The notes beneath the pieces were generated by a model, which worked only from the letters and a program-made list of their open reading frames with translations, was not told the origin of the DNA and did not search any database. From Sphagnum compactum (Eukaryota), in NCBI GenBank assembly GCA_965153455.1, contig OZ234493.1, positions 6,076,001-6,140,000 on the forward strand: a stretch of 64,000 bases of DNA, written 5' to 3'. Each line of letters starts with the position of its first letter. The stretch's first letter is position 1. The position numbers and the translations under genes were made by a program. This document shows, in pieces, positions 24,565-39,400 of the stretch.

Positions 24565-27500
24565 TCAACGTTGATGGTGGAGAAGATCATTGCACTGTTT
24601 CTTGAAAGCAATACACTCATCTGCCACAAAATCCCTGACATTATCACCAGAAAAAACAACAGCTCAGTCAGCTGAAGACATTGTACCACATTCCCCTGAA
24701 CCAAATTTATGGAATAGCATTCACAAAGGAAACAACAAATCCAATGTTGTAGCTGCCTCAATCATGGGTATCTGAGCACAGGAGATCAGAGCACCTTCCA
24801 AATAGAGACCAGAAATCATACAAGGTATTTACCTTACCCAGACTGGACTTATGTCAGCAAGCAATCTAAGGTTCTCAGTTTCCAACTTCATCATGGAATC
24901 ACAAAGACAAGAACATAAAAATGTACTCACTTTGTACATTTTAAAGTACGGACAGGCAAGGCGGTTCTGGTACAAATCCAGTTTATTCATTTAAATTGGA
25001 CCCGATACTCTTGTATCTGTTGTTCAGAAGTTGTAAAGTTTCAGAATTGCCACATTCCAAGCAAATACAACCCAATTACTCTCTTCATTAGTGTTCCTGT
25101 AATAAGGACACTTTTTGTTTGCAGTAAACTAATCTTTACCCAGGTCAGTTGGCGTTGGATCAGCAAACTGATTTGCTAGCAAATGAAGGTAAATTTGGCA
25201 TATAGCCTGCCTGGCACCCAAAACATAGTACTGTAGTACCTTGGCAGCTTTGACACATCTGTCGAATAAATAATTAATTTTGAAATATTCATTTCAACAA
25301 ATAGAATATTCTTGAAGATTCAGTATTTTCCTTGACAATTTTTTTGTTATTTGAATTTTTTTTTGAAATTTTCAACACTTATGAAAATAATACAATTAGT
25401 GTTGAAGCTGCCAAGGTACTAGGGTGCTGCCTAGCATGGGAAATACATTTACTATATACTAAGCTGTAAACTAGGGAGCTTAAACTAACTTTCTACAGCC
25501 CAACAGAGTTTTGAGAGCGTACATAATGCGTTGTGCCATTTGAGGTGCATCCCACCGTGGACTCCATGGATAATCCATATAAGTACGTGACACAAGTGGC
25601 CGCCCTCGTGTGTCAAAGTGCTGCCATGTAACATATAACACCCATTCTGAAAACATGATACCAGTTTTTGGAGCCCACATTTGCTGCAAAACAAGACTCA
25701 GCATCTCTATGATATTGACGAAGTGCTACATGTTGATTGGTGGTCAGTTGGAAGCTAGGATAACAAGCCTCAAAAGAGGTTCCAGATTTAAAATCTGATG
25801 AGCCAAACTTGTGATCCACAAAATATTTGGTAGATCACAAAAGGGACATTTTTGTGATCCACCAAACTTGTGATCCACCAAATCTACTCAAAAAGGTGCA
25901 TGAAAAGGGGACATTTTTTTACAATCCATAGCTGGCAGGTTTTCTGACTCCCTGGCTGGATATTAAAATCCAAACCCCTAAACTCATACTAGATTTTGCA
26001 TGTTATCCTTCACTCTGTTCCTGGGTACTGAATTGGAACCATTTTCTTTGGCACAGCTGCATCTGGGCACACTGAATTTCTTCAAAAGCATAGGTATCTG
26101 AAAGGCTTCTGGTAAGGCATCCCCATCTTGGACAAGAATTGCCCATCTTAGAAATGCAAATGTTGGGTAATAACATAACAACTCCATGATAACCCATCAT
26201 GCATACATCTTTCAGTTTGTAAGAACAATTAGGTCGGTACTTGTTTGGTAGATATCCAGCACCAGTCAACACCACATTCAGAGTACATCAGCAGTAATAA
26301 ATGATACAGACCTGGGAGCTCTGGAAGGTCAGAGTTGGCTGCACTTTTGGAAACTGAATTGGCAAAGCTAAGTGGACCTACAAAACCACAACACAACACA
26401 ACAATCAAATTGCAAGAAAGCACCAGCATTAGCCTTTCTTTCCTGCAAATAGGCAGCATCACAGATAGAAATGTACCAAAAAGGTGAAGGCTCCAGATGA
26501 AGCTAGCAATGAAATCCTTCGACAATAGGTCTGGCCATGACCACCCCCAACATCACCAGTCACACAATTGTTAGAGAGTAAAGGGGGTTCAAGGTGCCCA
26601 TCTTTCTGTGGACCAATTAAGTATGCAGTTGGACTCCAGAAATGAAGTCCACATGCTCGTGACAAAAGACAAGGCCTACTTTGTGAAAGCCCAATAATCC
26701 TGGTGAGCAGGAACAACAAGGAGAGAAACAAAACAGAACCAATGAGAGAGAACACTAAGAACAAAAAGAATCCAACCCGGCAGTGTGGGTACACTATCAC
26801 TGAAGTTGTCTGCCTAATGGTTGGTATAGAATTTGCAACAGTATGCTCAAAACCTCATGGCACATATTCTGACAGCAATATCCTTGCTGAAAGGAATTTT
26901 TTTACTTTCTGGAGAACTCTTTTGATGTCCAAAGACAATGGGAAGAAGAGACAATATAAACAATCTGAGAGTTGACACCCCCTTCTTGCCTATAGAGGTG
27001 AATGGTCCCAAAAGGACCTACCGCATCTGCCTCAAGAGGACGTCCAAAAAAGGGGAACAGTGCCTCCATGAAACTCCTTCGCAAAGCAATTGATGCACGT
27101 GCCTCTTGTACCTGATGTCCAAAATCAGACACTGATCTACAAATGCATCTCATCCTTCCTCTATGAGCTCCCTGATCATGGAAATTGGAAGCCCAGAAAT
27201 ACAAAGAAGATGAGCCATTAGACCTGCTGTTGAAGTGTCTGTTGCAGAGACGGGATGTACTCCACCAAACATCTGCACCCACTCCTATGATCGTCAAGAG
27301 GGACACTGTCTCTGCTGATATGATAGGTACTGCCAGTTTCAAAGTTGGATTCCAATCATACTTGGCCAATTATGCCCCCAAGGGGCACTGATCAAAATGA
27401 AATTAATGTCATAGCCAATTGCAGGTTGCCACGTCAAAGGCTACTGGATTCATGGCAGTCAATTCACTATCCAACCTAATCAACCTCAGGAAATGCTGTG

Positions 27501-30500
27501 GGGGAACACTCACATGTTCCCAGGCCATACTGGAAGCCTGACATCATCAACGTCAAACACCTCGCGCATGGCTGGAGGTGCCACAAGCTTTAGCTGAGGA
27601 GGGCCTGCTGATGTTTGGCCCCTTTGCAAAGGGAACTTGACCTGTAGCATCATCATGACAATTTACCCATTCCTCAAGACATACTCAGGGAAACAAAAAC
27701 CTGCCGAGTACCCACAAATCAATTGGTATTATGTAAGAATACTGCCAATGCCTGTAAACTTAAATAGAAGCACTAATATCCAATGTACATCAAGATCAGG
27801 CATATATCACTGTGCCAAAGATCAGAATGCCACAATACAAAACACAAAAGCTATGGTCCCCAGGACTGCATGACACTTGCACCAGTTCCAGTAAAGCTGT
27901 AGCTCATGCAATGCAGTTTTAACTAATGGGTACCTGGTGGACCTGCTTAGGTGACCAGGTCATACAGCACAAGCTGCAACAATGTGGGCAAGGCTAACCA
28001 GTGCCATCCTCATACATAATACATGCAACTAGCAACATAAGGAAAAAGAGCCTGAACATGACTCCTAAGAGCCTCAGCAAAAAAGAGGCTAATGGTCAAG
28101 AGCCTTACTTGTAATGAAATGTCATTCCAAAGAGTGGATGAAGGAAGATGTGAGCCTTGAAGATGGGGTGCTTCCACCTCAAGGACCAATGGCACAGCAA
28201 AATTCACCTCCTCTGACTGTTCTTGCAAGAACACACAGTTCCTTTATTGGTCACAAGCCATTGGAAAGTATCATCACAAAGTGGTTATGCAAACAAAAGT
28301 CAAGTTCTTTTGGCAAAGAAGCAGGTCACGGTTGCCATTCTGATGCAGTATATCAGCATGTGTGAGCATGAAGAACTCACAGCTGAAAGTTTCATATTGC
28401 AAAACTCACCCGATCAGATGCAGTAGTTATACACATTTCCAAGCCCTGCAACAACAAGACTCACCTCCTTTAGAACCAGTTTCATGCATGTATCAAACCA
28501 ATAAACCCTAAACCCTACCCAAAAAACCAACAATCACAATTTGAAGTTGGTCTTTCATGGAAAAGACCCAACTGCATCTGCCCATGAGAGACCAATTTGG
28601 GTCATCAGATTCTAAATACAGCCTATATTATGATTGATACATCTTACGCATATCAATTAGATTGCAGAGAAATCTGCACAATGACACTCTAAAGGTAATA
28701 TGAGCATAGTCATAACATTATGAGAATCACTCGCAAAGTGTAAGACTGTCCCACTTCATCACAAACAGCAGTGACAACCTGCCACAAATACCACTGACTT
28801 CATTGCCTCCTGGCAGTGGGATTTAACTAAGTCTAGAATAATCTGCCCAAAATTTCAGGCAAAATATTGTACAGAATCTGCATCCTGAGTTTCTGACGTA
28901 TTTCCAGAAGCAACAGGAAGACTTAGTCATGATGTTGGCTAGCACCCAGAAGACATACATAACTGATGAATTTGTGCACACCTGGAGACCACTCAAGGTG
29001 TTAATCTCAAATTTAACTCGAGGATCATTAACAGCCTCAACTCTGTGTCGCTGATAATCCAGATAGGAACCCCTGCCACATGTGCCCACCTTTCCAAATC
29101 AACATCCCCTTGCTGACATTGTTTCACTACACTACTCTGGGTTCAAGTCCTTTAGCACCAACAACTCGAAAATGAAATTTCTGGAGCTTTTGGTCAATGG
29201 AGCACTCTGTTTTAAATGTTTAGCCTTCAGGCATCTCAGCCCTCGTAGGCAGAATCAAACATGATCTCTCTCCCTGAATTATGCAGCATCCACCAAACTA
29301 TTGATAACATGATACAGGCATTTTTAGTCCAAAAGACCATTATTTCTCACCATCAAGCACAATGTAGTATCTTGGAAATAGCACAAATGGAGATGAGCAA
29401 AAGTTTAGTTTCAAAAAAAGGAAGCAAACTGACTGAGTTTATTATGGAGAGTCCATGACAGTTTGTGAGTGGTGATAAACATTCAAATATGAGTATTACC
29501 ATTTGATCAGGATCAATGGGATCTTTCTTAAGAGACACAAGGTTGTCAATTCACAGAAAAATAAAGAACCCATCAACTTCCCCACAAACATGCAATTTCA
29601 CAAACACAAAGAAGGTACAGGCATATTGGTTCTTGTATACGCTTGATTCCCATAACATGAAGAAAAAAGTCATACCTTGTCACAAGGATAAGTTTCAAAA
29701 GACTGTTGGGTTCTGTGACTGTCCAATCTCGAAGAAAAGAGCCTGGTGAAAACTCACTACTATTTGCAAGCGGTTGAAAGCTCTCATCATCCACACCAAA
29801 TATAATATCTGGTGCCACCTTTGCATCAAGGCCATTGAACACCACCTCCCCTGCCATGCAAGCTCTTTCAAAACTACAGCACAAAGCAACCCCAATCAAA
29901 GATCATCCTTGTTGAGCAGCTGCTAACAGCAATACAGCAGAATTGCCATTCATCCAGCTTTGGAATGGGTGCAAGGGATGAAATTCTGGGCCCAGGCTTT
30001 GACTTTAGCTCCTGGCCCTGAACACTTTGGTGGCTCTAAATTTCCTACCCAGTGCCCTCTTCCATTCAACAGAATGTCCTCAACAACAAATGTTTCATTT
30101 CTACAGGCTGCACACAATTCTTGTGACTGTATTCCCAAATCATTTTGTGTCACCTTCTCACAACCAAAAAAACATGGAATTCCCATGGTCCCAATCATGC
30201 ATACCAGGCTTACACTGGATCTAACCTTTCAAAGCGATATCTGATATTCATGAAATTTTGACTTTATAACTCCTCCAGGTCCTACACTTAATGTAGTGGC
30301 CAATATCATTCTTCACACACGCAATTGTCAGACCATCGATTGAATGTCTGTAACGTTGTGGGATCCTATGTCGTCTATGACCTGGTTCAAACTACACATG
30401 TGAATGACTTTTTGACAATGAGGTATGAAATTCAGTGGTTTATACTATGAATGCCATGGTCCCAAACATGCACACCAGGCATGGCAATGTCATACTCACT

Positions 30501-31543
30501 TCCATTGCCCACTTCAATGAACAAGGCTTGAGGTTATAATAATGAAGTCCTCCTAGAGTCACAAGAAGAGTTTCCCAACAGATTTTCTGCTAAGGTTGGC
30601 AAGGCATGTCTCACATGTTCTTTTAGTGTCTCAGGCAGACAATAGCTTCGACATCCTGTGATTTCAGGTCAACTGGCTAGGAAATTTGTAAAAGCACAGA
30701 TCGTTGTGATATATATGTGCAACAATGATGAATACAGAAGGAGAAGAGCTGTGAATCAGAAGATGAACAACATACACTTGACATTGGAAAGGCAGCAGGG
30801 AACAAGCACTGTGAACCGATCCATGACATGCCCACCACGAGTGCCTGCTCTCAAATTCTCAACCTGCAGACATTTGTGTTCAATTCATTCATCAGTCACT
30901 TCCTTAAATAGTCTCAATTCAAAATCATCATGGACAAGATCCCTGCAAACCTGCAAGTGGAATTGCATTCAAATCAAAACTAATAGGTGCGTGGCAGATA
31001 TTACAATAAGCATCACCGCAGATATAATTGCAGTCAGTGCATGAAGGGACTTTCCAAGCCCTGGGGTAGGATCGTTTAGGGCTCATAGGTTAGTAGTCAG
31101 GGTCCTGTGAACCCAGGTGGCTTAAAGGAGGTATCTGTATTCATAGCTACAGATATTACCTGAGAACGACCCTCTAAGAAAACAGGAAATGCGAGGAAAA
31201 ACAAGAAAACTACGAAAGTCACAAAACCCACACACAGACGAACTCGACAATTGATGGCAGTAACCCTAACCCTAAAACTATCGAGCTCACGAGGACACAG
31301 AAGGAGCACATGACGAGCACTAAGTTGACACATAGGCGATCTCTGCCAAGAAGAACAGTGTTGCATCCGGATCTAACCCCTCGCCTTAAAATTGCACAAC
31401 CAGCAGCCAATAAGTACAATGTAGAAAGAAGCAGAGGAGGGGAACAACAGGTGACGACAACGAACCTTCAAGGGAAGTGGAGCATTGTTCCGGAGATACT
31501 CGATCTGCGCGTGAAGCCAAGTTGGAACAGCACGCGCATCCAT
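24565..31543 (-). CDS. BRCC45: BRISC and BRCA1-A complex member 2 (BRE/BRCC45), multi-exon, intact
   Basis: Spliced translation MDARAVPTWLHAQIEYLRNNAPLPLK|VENLRAG...DRFTVLVPCCL...|APDIIFGVDDESF...|YQRHRVEAVNDPRVKFEINTL|...EEVNFAVPL|...|LRRSFMEALFPFFGRPLEADA|...|QFPKVQPTLTFQSSQ|HFDTRGRP...DYPWSPRWDAPQMAQRIM|DFVADECIAFKKQCNDLLHHQR*. This matches plant BRE motifs, and exon phases are consistent where checked. Confidence 0.92.
25234..25421. mobile_element. MITE-like element in the last BRCC45 intron
   Basis: Terminal inverted repeats tagtaccttggcagctttgacac / gtgttgaagctgccaaggtacta (21/23 match), TA at both ends, AT-rich interior. Confidence 0.75.
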
Positions 31544-31942
31544 GACTGTAGCTGCACTCCTACTGCCGCTACTTAGGAGGTAGAATTCGTCACAGCAGCG
31601 CGAGCATGTGCGTGCCCGCGCCCCTTCCTCTTCCTCTCTCGCCTCTCCGTCCCTCTTTGCTTCCCCTTTTTTTTTCTCGTGTTTTCTTCGACCAACGCTC
31701 CAAAACCCTAAAAGAAGCCACAACGAGTCCCAAAGAAAGTCACTAAAGAAAGCAAACCAACGACTCAAGAAATCACTAAAGAAAAAATTTAAAAAATCAA
31801 CATTAACAAATTCATTTGTGTCACAATTCTCAATTTTATAATTTTTAAATGCACCTTTTAATGTACACCTTAAGGATTTCTCAAAACCCATAAATCCTTT
31901 TATTCATAATTATTTATTAGTGCCAAATAAGCTATCATGTTA

Positions 31943-32163
31943 TGATGCATTCACACTTGATGTTTAAGTCATGTGAAATGAAAATCTAGGTGGCATCCTA
32001 GGTGGCATCCTAATGTTTAATGGGCAATAGCTTCTTAATGTTAAGTGAATGTTAGCTTAACATAAAATGTTTAGGGTAAAGTAAGTGTAATGATGACTAG
32101 CATGGTGTGTTAGGGGGACTCAACACTCAAAGTCCCTAACAACACCCAAGTGTGAATACACCT
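31943..32163. mobile_element. Tourist-like (PIF/Harbinger) MITE upstream of BRCC45
   Basis: TIRs tgatgcattcacacttg / caagtgtgaatacacct, flanked by TTA on both sides (31940-31942 and 32164-32166). Confidence 0.7.
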
Positions 32164-35100
32164 TTAGTATGGTGGTCATAATACCTTACAAAATGGGCTC
32201 AATGGAAACATACCACACTTAGTATTGTTTGTTGGGGAGAAGGGTTTAGGGTTTAGGGTTTAGGAGAAGGGTTTTTAGGGTTGTTTTAAAATATTGCATT
32301 ATGGTGAGATCATGTCACCATTAGATGTTCTACACTAATTCCTTCAAAGCATTTCTCATGATAATCCAAGTTTTGGAGTTGTTGGAATTCTCATGTTAAC
32401 TCACTTCCACCTTATAATAGAATTTTGTAAATTCAAAAAATTTAATTATTTGGTTCACTATAATTGCAATTGGAATACATTTGCATTTTTAGTTGACAAC
32501 CAAAATTGTTATAAGCTTAAGAATTGCAATCCATAGGCTTCCTCTTCCCACCATCAAAGGGCCCATGTGCCCTTAGTGGTTCATTCTAAAGCATGTTCAT
32601 TTATTGGTTCCAACTCTACCTCAAAGGGGAAGATTCAAGAACTTGCAATAAAGGTAGCTTTCTTTGTGTCCCATTTGAAGGAATGCTCAACAAGTGTTAT
32701 TCAAAAAATGTGAATTCATTTCTTTGTGAATTTTATTTTTAATTGAACTATTGGTTTGAACTTGTCACAAGGTGTAGAATCATTATGCAATGAATCATGA
32801 ACCACTTGTTTATTCGTTTATTCAAATTTATTATGTTTTTTAGTTGGTTTTTCATCAAAAAAATTTCTTATGAAATTCTTTTTGAGCAAAAGTCTATTTT
32901 TAAAACTAACTCTGAACATAAAAACCACAAGGTGTAGCAAAAATATGATAATTCTTTAAATGGTTTTTTCAAATATAAAAAAATGTTGATATTTGCTTAG
33001 TCAAAAAATTTAATAGTTTGAAAATATAGGCATGCTAATATTTTATAGTATCTTATTATTTTATTTTATTTTTGGCAAATGTTCACAACTTGGTGAGGGA
33101 AAAAAAGGAAGCTACAAAAAGTAAAAAGGTTTTTTTTCAAAAAAGGAGGGGTGGGGAAATCACCACGTTATGAGAAAAAAAATCTTAAAGTCACCATTAG
33201 GAGATAGGAATATCAAAAACCTCTACTAGATCATGCTTGACATCTCGCCAAATTTGGTTCATTGATGTTGCAAATGGTCACCAATCCACTTACTTGACAA
33301 ATTTGAAAAAAAAAATGTATTTTACAATGTTTCACCTTAGATAAAATGCCAATATTGTCTTGTTTGTCAATTAACTAAGTAAATTAGTCAACTTTTACAA
33401 ATGAATGTTTGATAATTGATGAGTTAGCACATTGAGTCTTTCAATATGAAAATCTATAGATGTTTTCATTATCCAAATTGTTTAGTAAATCATGTGTTCT
33501 TTCATTGGGTATTTAGTTTAGGTTTTTGAATCTCATGTTTATGTGGACTTGACATGTCCATGCACTAATGTTAATTCTCAATATGAAGTTACACTAACAA
33601 TGTTTACATTATATTAGAACTTGTGATAATAGAGTGTGTGAACACAACTCCACATGTTAAAATATAAAGATTTTATGACCTTGGTTCTGAAGGAACTACA
33701 TTTGTTAATATAATATAAGTGAGTCAAGTTCTTTAAGTCATTATTATGAAACGTAAGACCAAAGATGGCCAACAATCAAGATATATTCCTAAAATTGAAC
33801 AAGTTAACAAGGTCCATGAACTATCACACTTAGAATATTAGAGCCAAAAGTGACCTTTGAAAAGAAAGGGTGCGAGATGTGTAATGGCACCATTAGGATT
33901 AGCAACACCAATGCTTATGTTCTTTTACTATTAAAGAATTTATAAAATCCTTAAACCCTCAACTTTAAGCAAACAACAACAATTTGATTAATGAAGATTA
34001 GGACATCTAATATTGTTAAATAGGAACTATACAAACCTCACACAAACCATTATATTCATATTAATTAATAGATTTTATTATATTGAAAATGCAAGATTTG
34101 TTATAATGAAAGACCACACTTCTTTTTTTACCAAATTCACATAATTTAAAAGGGTATGCACATTGCATGTTGGTTAATAATATAATATGAAGTAATATTT
34201 ACTTATAATGGTTTTTAGTGTTGTTGTTCTAATTATGAGTGGGTGAGGAGTTATTCATAGATCTTATGTGACATGTAAACAAACATAACACCAAGCAAAT
34301 AATGAATAATAGTCATTCATTATTAGTGTTTAATGTTAATGGTAATTCAGGTGGGCCTACATTTAGGCATTGGAGATATTTTCTTGCTTCCCAACAATCT
34401 TTGTTCAATTACCATCCCATGCTACCATTGCCATTAAGTTTGTTTATTCCCCCCACCTACCCCCCATTTTGCTTTATTTTTTCCTTCAACTTACCTTTCT
34501 TGTTCAAAGTCTTTTAGAATACATAATGGGGTATGAATTTGCAAGTATATGAATGTAAGCTTGTCTTGTTTTACCCATGTTGGTTGAAGCATTTTTAATT
34601 ACATGATGGGTTATTGGTTTGGAAGTATACAAGTTTAAATGAGTAGCATTAATGCTCATGAAATTCACACAATTCAAATTGTTCATCCCTTGAAAGGTAT
34701 TAACCAAAATGTTGTAATTAAGTGTCCTAAATAATTTAAGTTTGTTAGTGTTTTAGGCAAACACATTGAAGCGTGCAAAAACAACAATACAACTCTTGAG
34801 CATTATGATTTCATTTCAATGTTTTAGATTTATAATCAATTTGGTTTTTATATAAGACTTTTAGTTTTGGATGCATTAAGAATCATTTTACATTATGTTT
34901 AAATTGTACATTGAAAATGCAAGCATTTTCAATTATGAAGTTGGAATATTTCCAGCAAAATTTGTTTATTTTATCAAATTTTGTTCCAATTGTTAATGTG
35001 CAAATTACATTTATGTATTGTGTGTTCAAATTTCAATGTGTTCCAACTTTTAGCAAAATCCACATGCACATTATTATTGACTTCATCTCCTCTATTTGTT

Positions 35101-36189
35101 CAATAATCCAATCCTTTATTTGTTCAACTCAATTCATACTCATATAGGCTTGTATATTTTGCATTTAAATTGCCGAACTTCATACCACAATTTGTTTCAT
35201 GATCAAGTTTAATGTATTTATCCAAATAAGGCCCACACCTTCTAGTGCCTTGTTTACTTAAGAATATTTGTTTCACGACCTTCTCACTATTGGTTGTTGT
35301 TTGCAATTATTACCTCTAATGGCCCAATGACTAAGGCAAACTTGCATGTAGAAGTTCAAGAAAATGAGCCATTTCCCATATGTCAATCTAATTGATTAGA
35401 GTTTCAATATTCCCTCCTTCAAAGCAATACAAAAATTATCCAAGTTAATAGGTATAAAGGGCAAGTTGAACCAATGCAAATTGCTAAGTTACTTGACCAC
35501 ACTTGATGTTTAAGGCTTCTAATTAACATCACTTAACAACAACAAAGTGAACCGATCCACTTTTATGAATGAAATATGGCCATTCATCATACGCACATAT
35601 GTAATATTCCAAATGTCATTCACACATTGGGTGAAGTTAGAATAAATTTTTTTTATGCCCAAATGCTACACCAACAATACTTACCTTGAGAACCGTTGGT
35701 TATGTGACATAGGGTAAAAGATAGGTTATATAGGATTTAGTATTTTTCGATTGGCTATCATAAACATGCATGGGGTCTTAAGATTGATAACCGACTGAGC
35801 TGAATTTTCCAATCATGTTGCTAGGTTATTAAAATTTGAAAATTCGATACCGAGATGATAGGTTATGTATTCGGTTTTTTTTCCCCCAAATTAAAAAATA
35901 AATAAAAATCAACAATCGAGTGATGGGTTATCAATAACTGGGTTGATAGCTGAGTGTGTTTTCTCAATAACCGGCCAACACTCGGTTATCAATCCAGCGC
36001 CATTACCCGATGAGCCGGTTATTCACCTGGAGACTGGTTGCTGGCTGTAACCGGCCATCTTTCCAGTGTTGGCACTCTGTGTCCGGTGATGGGCGAGAGT
36101 TTGTACACAACATTTTGAAAATTTGATCCCCTTGTTATACCCTTTCCCCCCTTCTCTCTCTGTCCTTTCTTCTTCCCCGATTCCTCGAG

Positions 36190-36210
36190 TTTTAGGGTTA
36201 GGGTTTAGGG
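36190..36210 (+). promoter_or_regulatory. Telo-box/interstitial telomeric motif cluster near the NUP93 5' end, followed by a (CT)n tract
   Basis: ttttagggttagggtttaggg about 210 bp upstream of the ATG; (CT)n at ~36264-36294. Confidence 0.6.
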
Positions 36211-36259
36211 TGAATTGTGGTGCGTTTGAGCTTTCCTCGCTCGCTTCAGTAATCTGGCT

Positions 36260-36298
<39 letters not shown>

Positions 36299-36418
36299 TT
36301 TTTTTGTTCCCCGGGGGTTTGGATTCGAGTTCGAAGCAAAAGAAAAGAAAAGACGAACGCCTCGGCGGCGGTGAAGGAAGTTGTCGTCTGGATCGTGGAT
36401 ATCCGGACAGTGGCAACG

Positions 36419-39400
36419 ATGGCAGGAGGAGACACAGATATGCGGAGCTGGGCGGACCTTCTGCACAACTCGTCTCAGCTTTTGCATTCCTACTCTCCCT
36501 CCGCGCCTCTCCCTCCCATACAGGTACCCTTCACAAAAAAAATCCTTCCAAGATCGCATTGCAAGAGTCGCGAAAATAGTATGAGACAAAAGTTTATTTT
36601 GTTCTTTTTAATTGTCCTCCGTCCCCCCATCTCTTTATCTTTTTATTGTGGGTTTCCTTCTTTTTCTGCAGTTTTCTGGTCTCCCTCTCTTTTAGGACTT
36701 TTTGAGCTAGCCACTATCATGAGCTGGCGATCCCTGTACTGCCACAGAAATTCAGTACTATGTTGAGGTACCTCTACCCGTTGCTGGGAATTGATGAAGT
36801 TGGTGGGAATGTAGATGATCAATACCATAACATGGTGCTGTTGATCGTCCCTGAGCATGCAGATGACCGTTGCTGTTGTTCAAATTGCTCCTGAGTCTTG
36901 TTTTCTCTTATATTAGGGTTGGATTTTGTGTCTTTCGTGGTGACTGGTTGTTTTCTGTTCTGTTGTCAGATTGGAAATATCCATAACCTTATTATTGGGT
37001 TGACTTAAAAATTGTAACTGTAGAGAGATTCTCAGTACTTAAGAAGATGATGTGTTCCCAGCTCAAACTACTCATGAAGGCTTGTTTTGTTCGAACATAC
37101 CATCACAAATCTCAGTAGCTTAGCAGATAGGGCTCAAATGGCCACTTTGCAAGATATGTTGATTCTATGTGCTATCTATATTCTTCCACTCTGCCACAAT
37201 GGTAATTACTGGGTCAATTAGTGCTCCAGTCTTGCCAGGGACCTCCAACCTCAGAAGCTTTGTGCCTCCTTATGAGCCAGGTGCTGACCAAAGGCTTGCT
37301 TGAATTTTATTGACAGTTTGTCTTTGGTAGTCAATGAGTTCCAAGATTAGGGAGTGGCAAGCACTGTGTGAAGTACATGCTACTCCCACATGGCCCCATA
37401 TAAGTGCTATGTAACTTGGACCTTTATTTAGGGTACAAATTTTGTTTGGCAGTATGCAATCTCCTGTTTCTAAGAGAGTTTTGCTGTGACCTCAGTGGAT
37501 AGCAGGCAAAGTAGCACTTCTAAGATTTGAGTAACTTTACAAGGTTACACTTTTTTGCAGTGCTGAATTATGCCAATGGCTGTGCTGGTTGCAGAGGAGT
37601 CTTGAGCAGCTTGAAGTGCTGTCACGACAACTGAAGTCCCGTACCTCACGGTTTGAGACGCCAGGCGAGGCTATTGCTGCCACTCGGTAAATCCAATCAA
37701 CAAAATCCATTGTATTGGAATTTGTTTGTGTTTTTTGGAAATTGTTGAAAGCTATGGCAGAGATCAGGAAGTCTGTTTTCAGTCTTCACAATGCAGTTGA
37801 TGTACATGCAAGCAGAGGGCAGGTAGAATATACATAGAGTAATGAATCCAGCATTGTGTCATGACTGACTGCAGGCTTTTAGCTCGTGAAGGGATTAATG
37901 CCGACCAGCTTACACGTGACCTCAAATCTTTTGAGCTTAAGGTTTGATTCTCATGTTTGTTCCCTCAGCACAAGCCAATGTCATTGGTCCAAAACTATAG
38001 AGGGCCAGGTATGCATACTGTAGCATTGGTTGTGAGTTGGATGCAGAGACCTGTTGTCTGTTGACAGTGTTCTGAAAGTGAATAGATGTATGTGGCTGTG
38101 AAATTATGTATGTTATGTTTCACTTCCTGTTGCTTCTAGGAATGCAGCAGGAACTCAGCATGCAAATGTTTGTACAATATTTTAGCTGAAATTATGGGTA
38201 GATTGTACTTATGTAGACCTACCATTGGGAACTGATGATGTCAGTGGGGAGTCATGGCAGCTTGTTAATTTTTATTCATGATCATGGTGATGGTCTGATA
38301 CTTTGTGAGTGACGCTCATAAGGTCATGACCACACCCATTATTTTGTAAACTTCGAAGTTTTGTTGTGCAGTATTCTCTGCACTTTCGTAGATATGTTTA
38401 AATTAGTTGCTGTGTGGTATTGGTGCAGACAACATTTGAGGATGTATTTCCAGTGGAGGCAACCCGTGTGGAGGAATATTTGCAGCAGGTCATTGTCTTT
38501 TCCTGGCCTTTTGTCTGTGAAAGAGATATTCATTCACCAATTGCCTACTCTGCCAAAGTGGGGATGTGCAAGGTCAAGTTGCTCTGTGCAGATGAAATAA
38601 AATGCAAAGAAAAGGCTGCAAGGTAGCATTGTTGATTGATTGCTAATAAATGTGCATTTAGTGAGGCCAGGTGCATGAAATGGTGATGCTCTCAGCAATC
38701 CAAGAAGCCAGTCGTGACAATCTCCGCAGCTTCGGTGATTACATGCTGAAAGTATCAGAGGTCAGCATCTAACTCTGCCATAGAAAACCTGAGAAGGTTG
38801 CAATGTAGTTGAGAGCTCGGGAATGATGCTATAAAGATCTTTGGCCTATAGAACCATGAGAATAGCATTTGGAGCTTCTTATTCTTATGATGTGGTTGTG
38901 CTTTTACAGGATAACTGGCAGAAGGAAAAACTTGAATTTCTGAACAGCCTGAGTCGCTTACCTTATGCACCATCAGCAAATGGAGTAGGGTCAACTCCAT
39001 CAGCAGGAGCAATTCAAGCTTATCGGGGACCTGCCACTGTTGCAACTCCCTCTAGAATGCTGCAGGATGGCCGTGGCTTGGAATCTTCTTCTACACAACT
39101 ATCGATGGTCGAGAGGAAAGCTGCAGCCTATGCAAATGTTGTTATCAGATTAAATGAAGCACGAGAGCGGAGCCTTCCCTTTAAAGTAAGATTGTCAGTA
39201 AGATAGTACCATTATTGCCTGTAAATTCTGGAGCACAATACAATGTAACTGACAATACCACCTCCACTCTTGATCTAGATCTGACATCAGAGATTGTGGA
39301 TGAATGATGAAAGGTGGCAACATCAATGAGAGCAGCATATGAGAGTGTTGCAGGAGACACCACATCATCCAAGTCAGTAAGCATGGCTAAGATCTGGCAA

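Noticed and set aside
33500..35600. Possible transposase or helicase remnants in the AT-rich BRCC45-NUP93 intergenic region
   Set aside because: I could not recover diagnostic motifs by eye; a translated search against TE proteins is needed.
36023..36589. 188-aa antisense ORF over the NUP93 5' end (and likewise 44744-45211 at DUF179)
   Set aside because: Driven by GC-rich exon sequence and (GA)n repeats (ERERER); no homology features.
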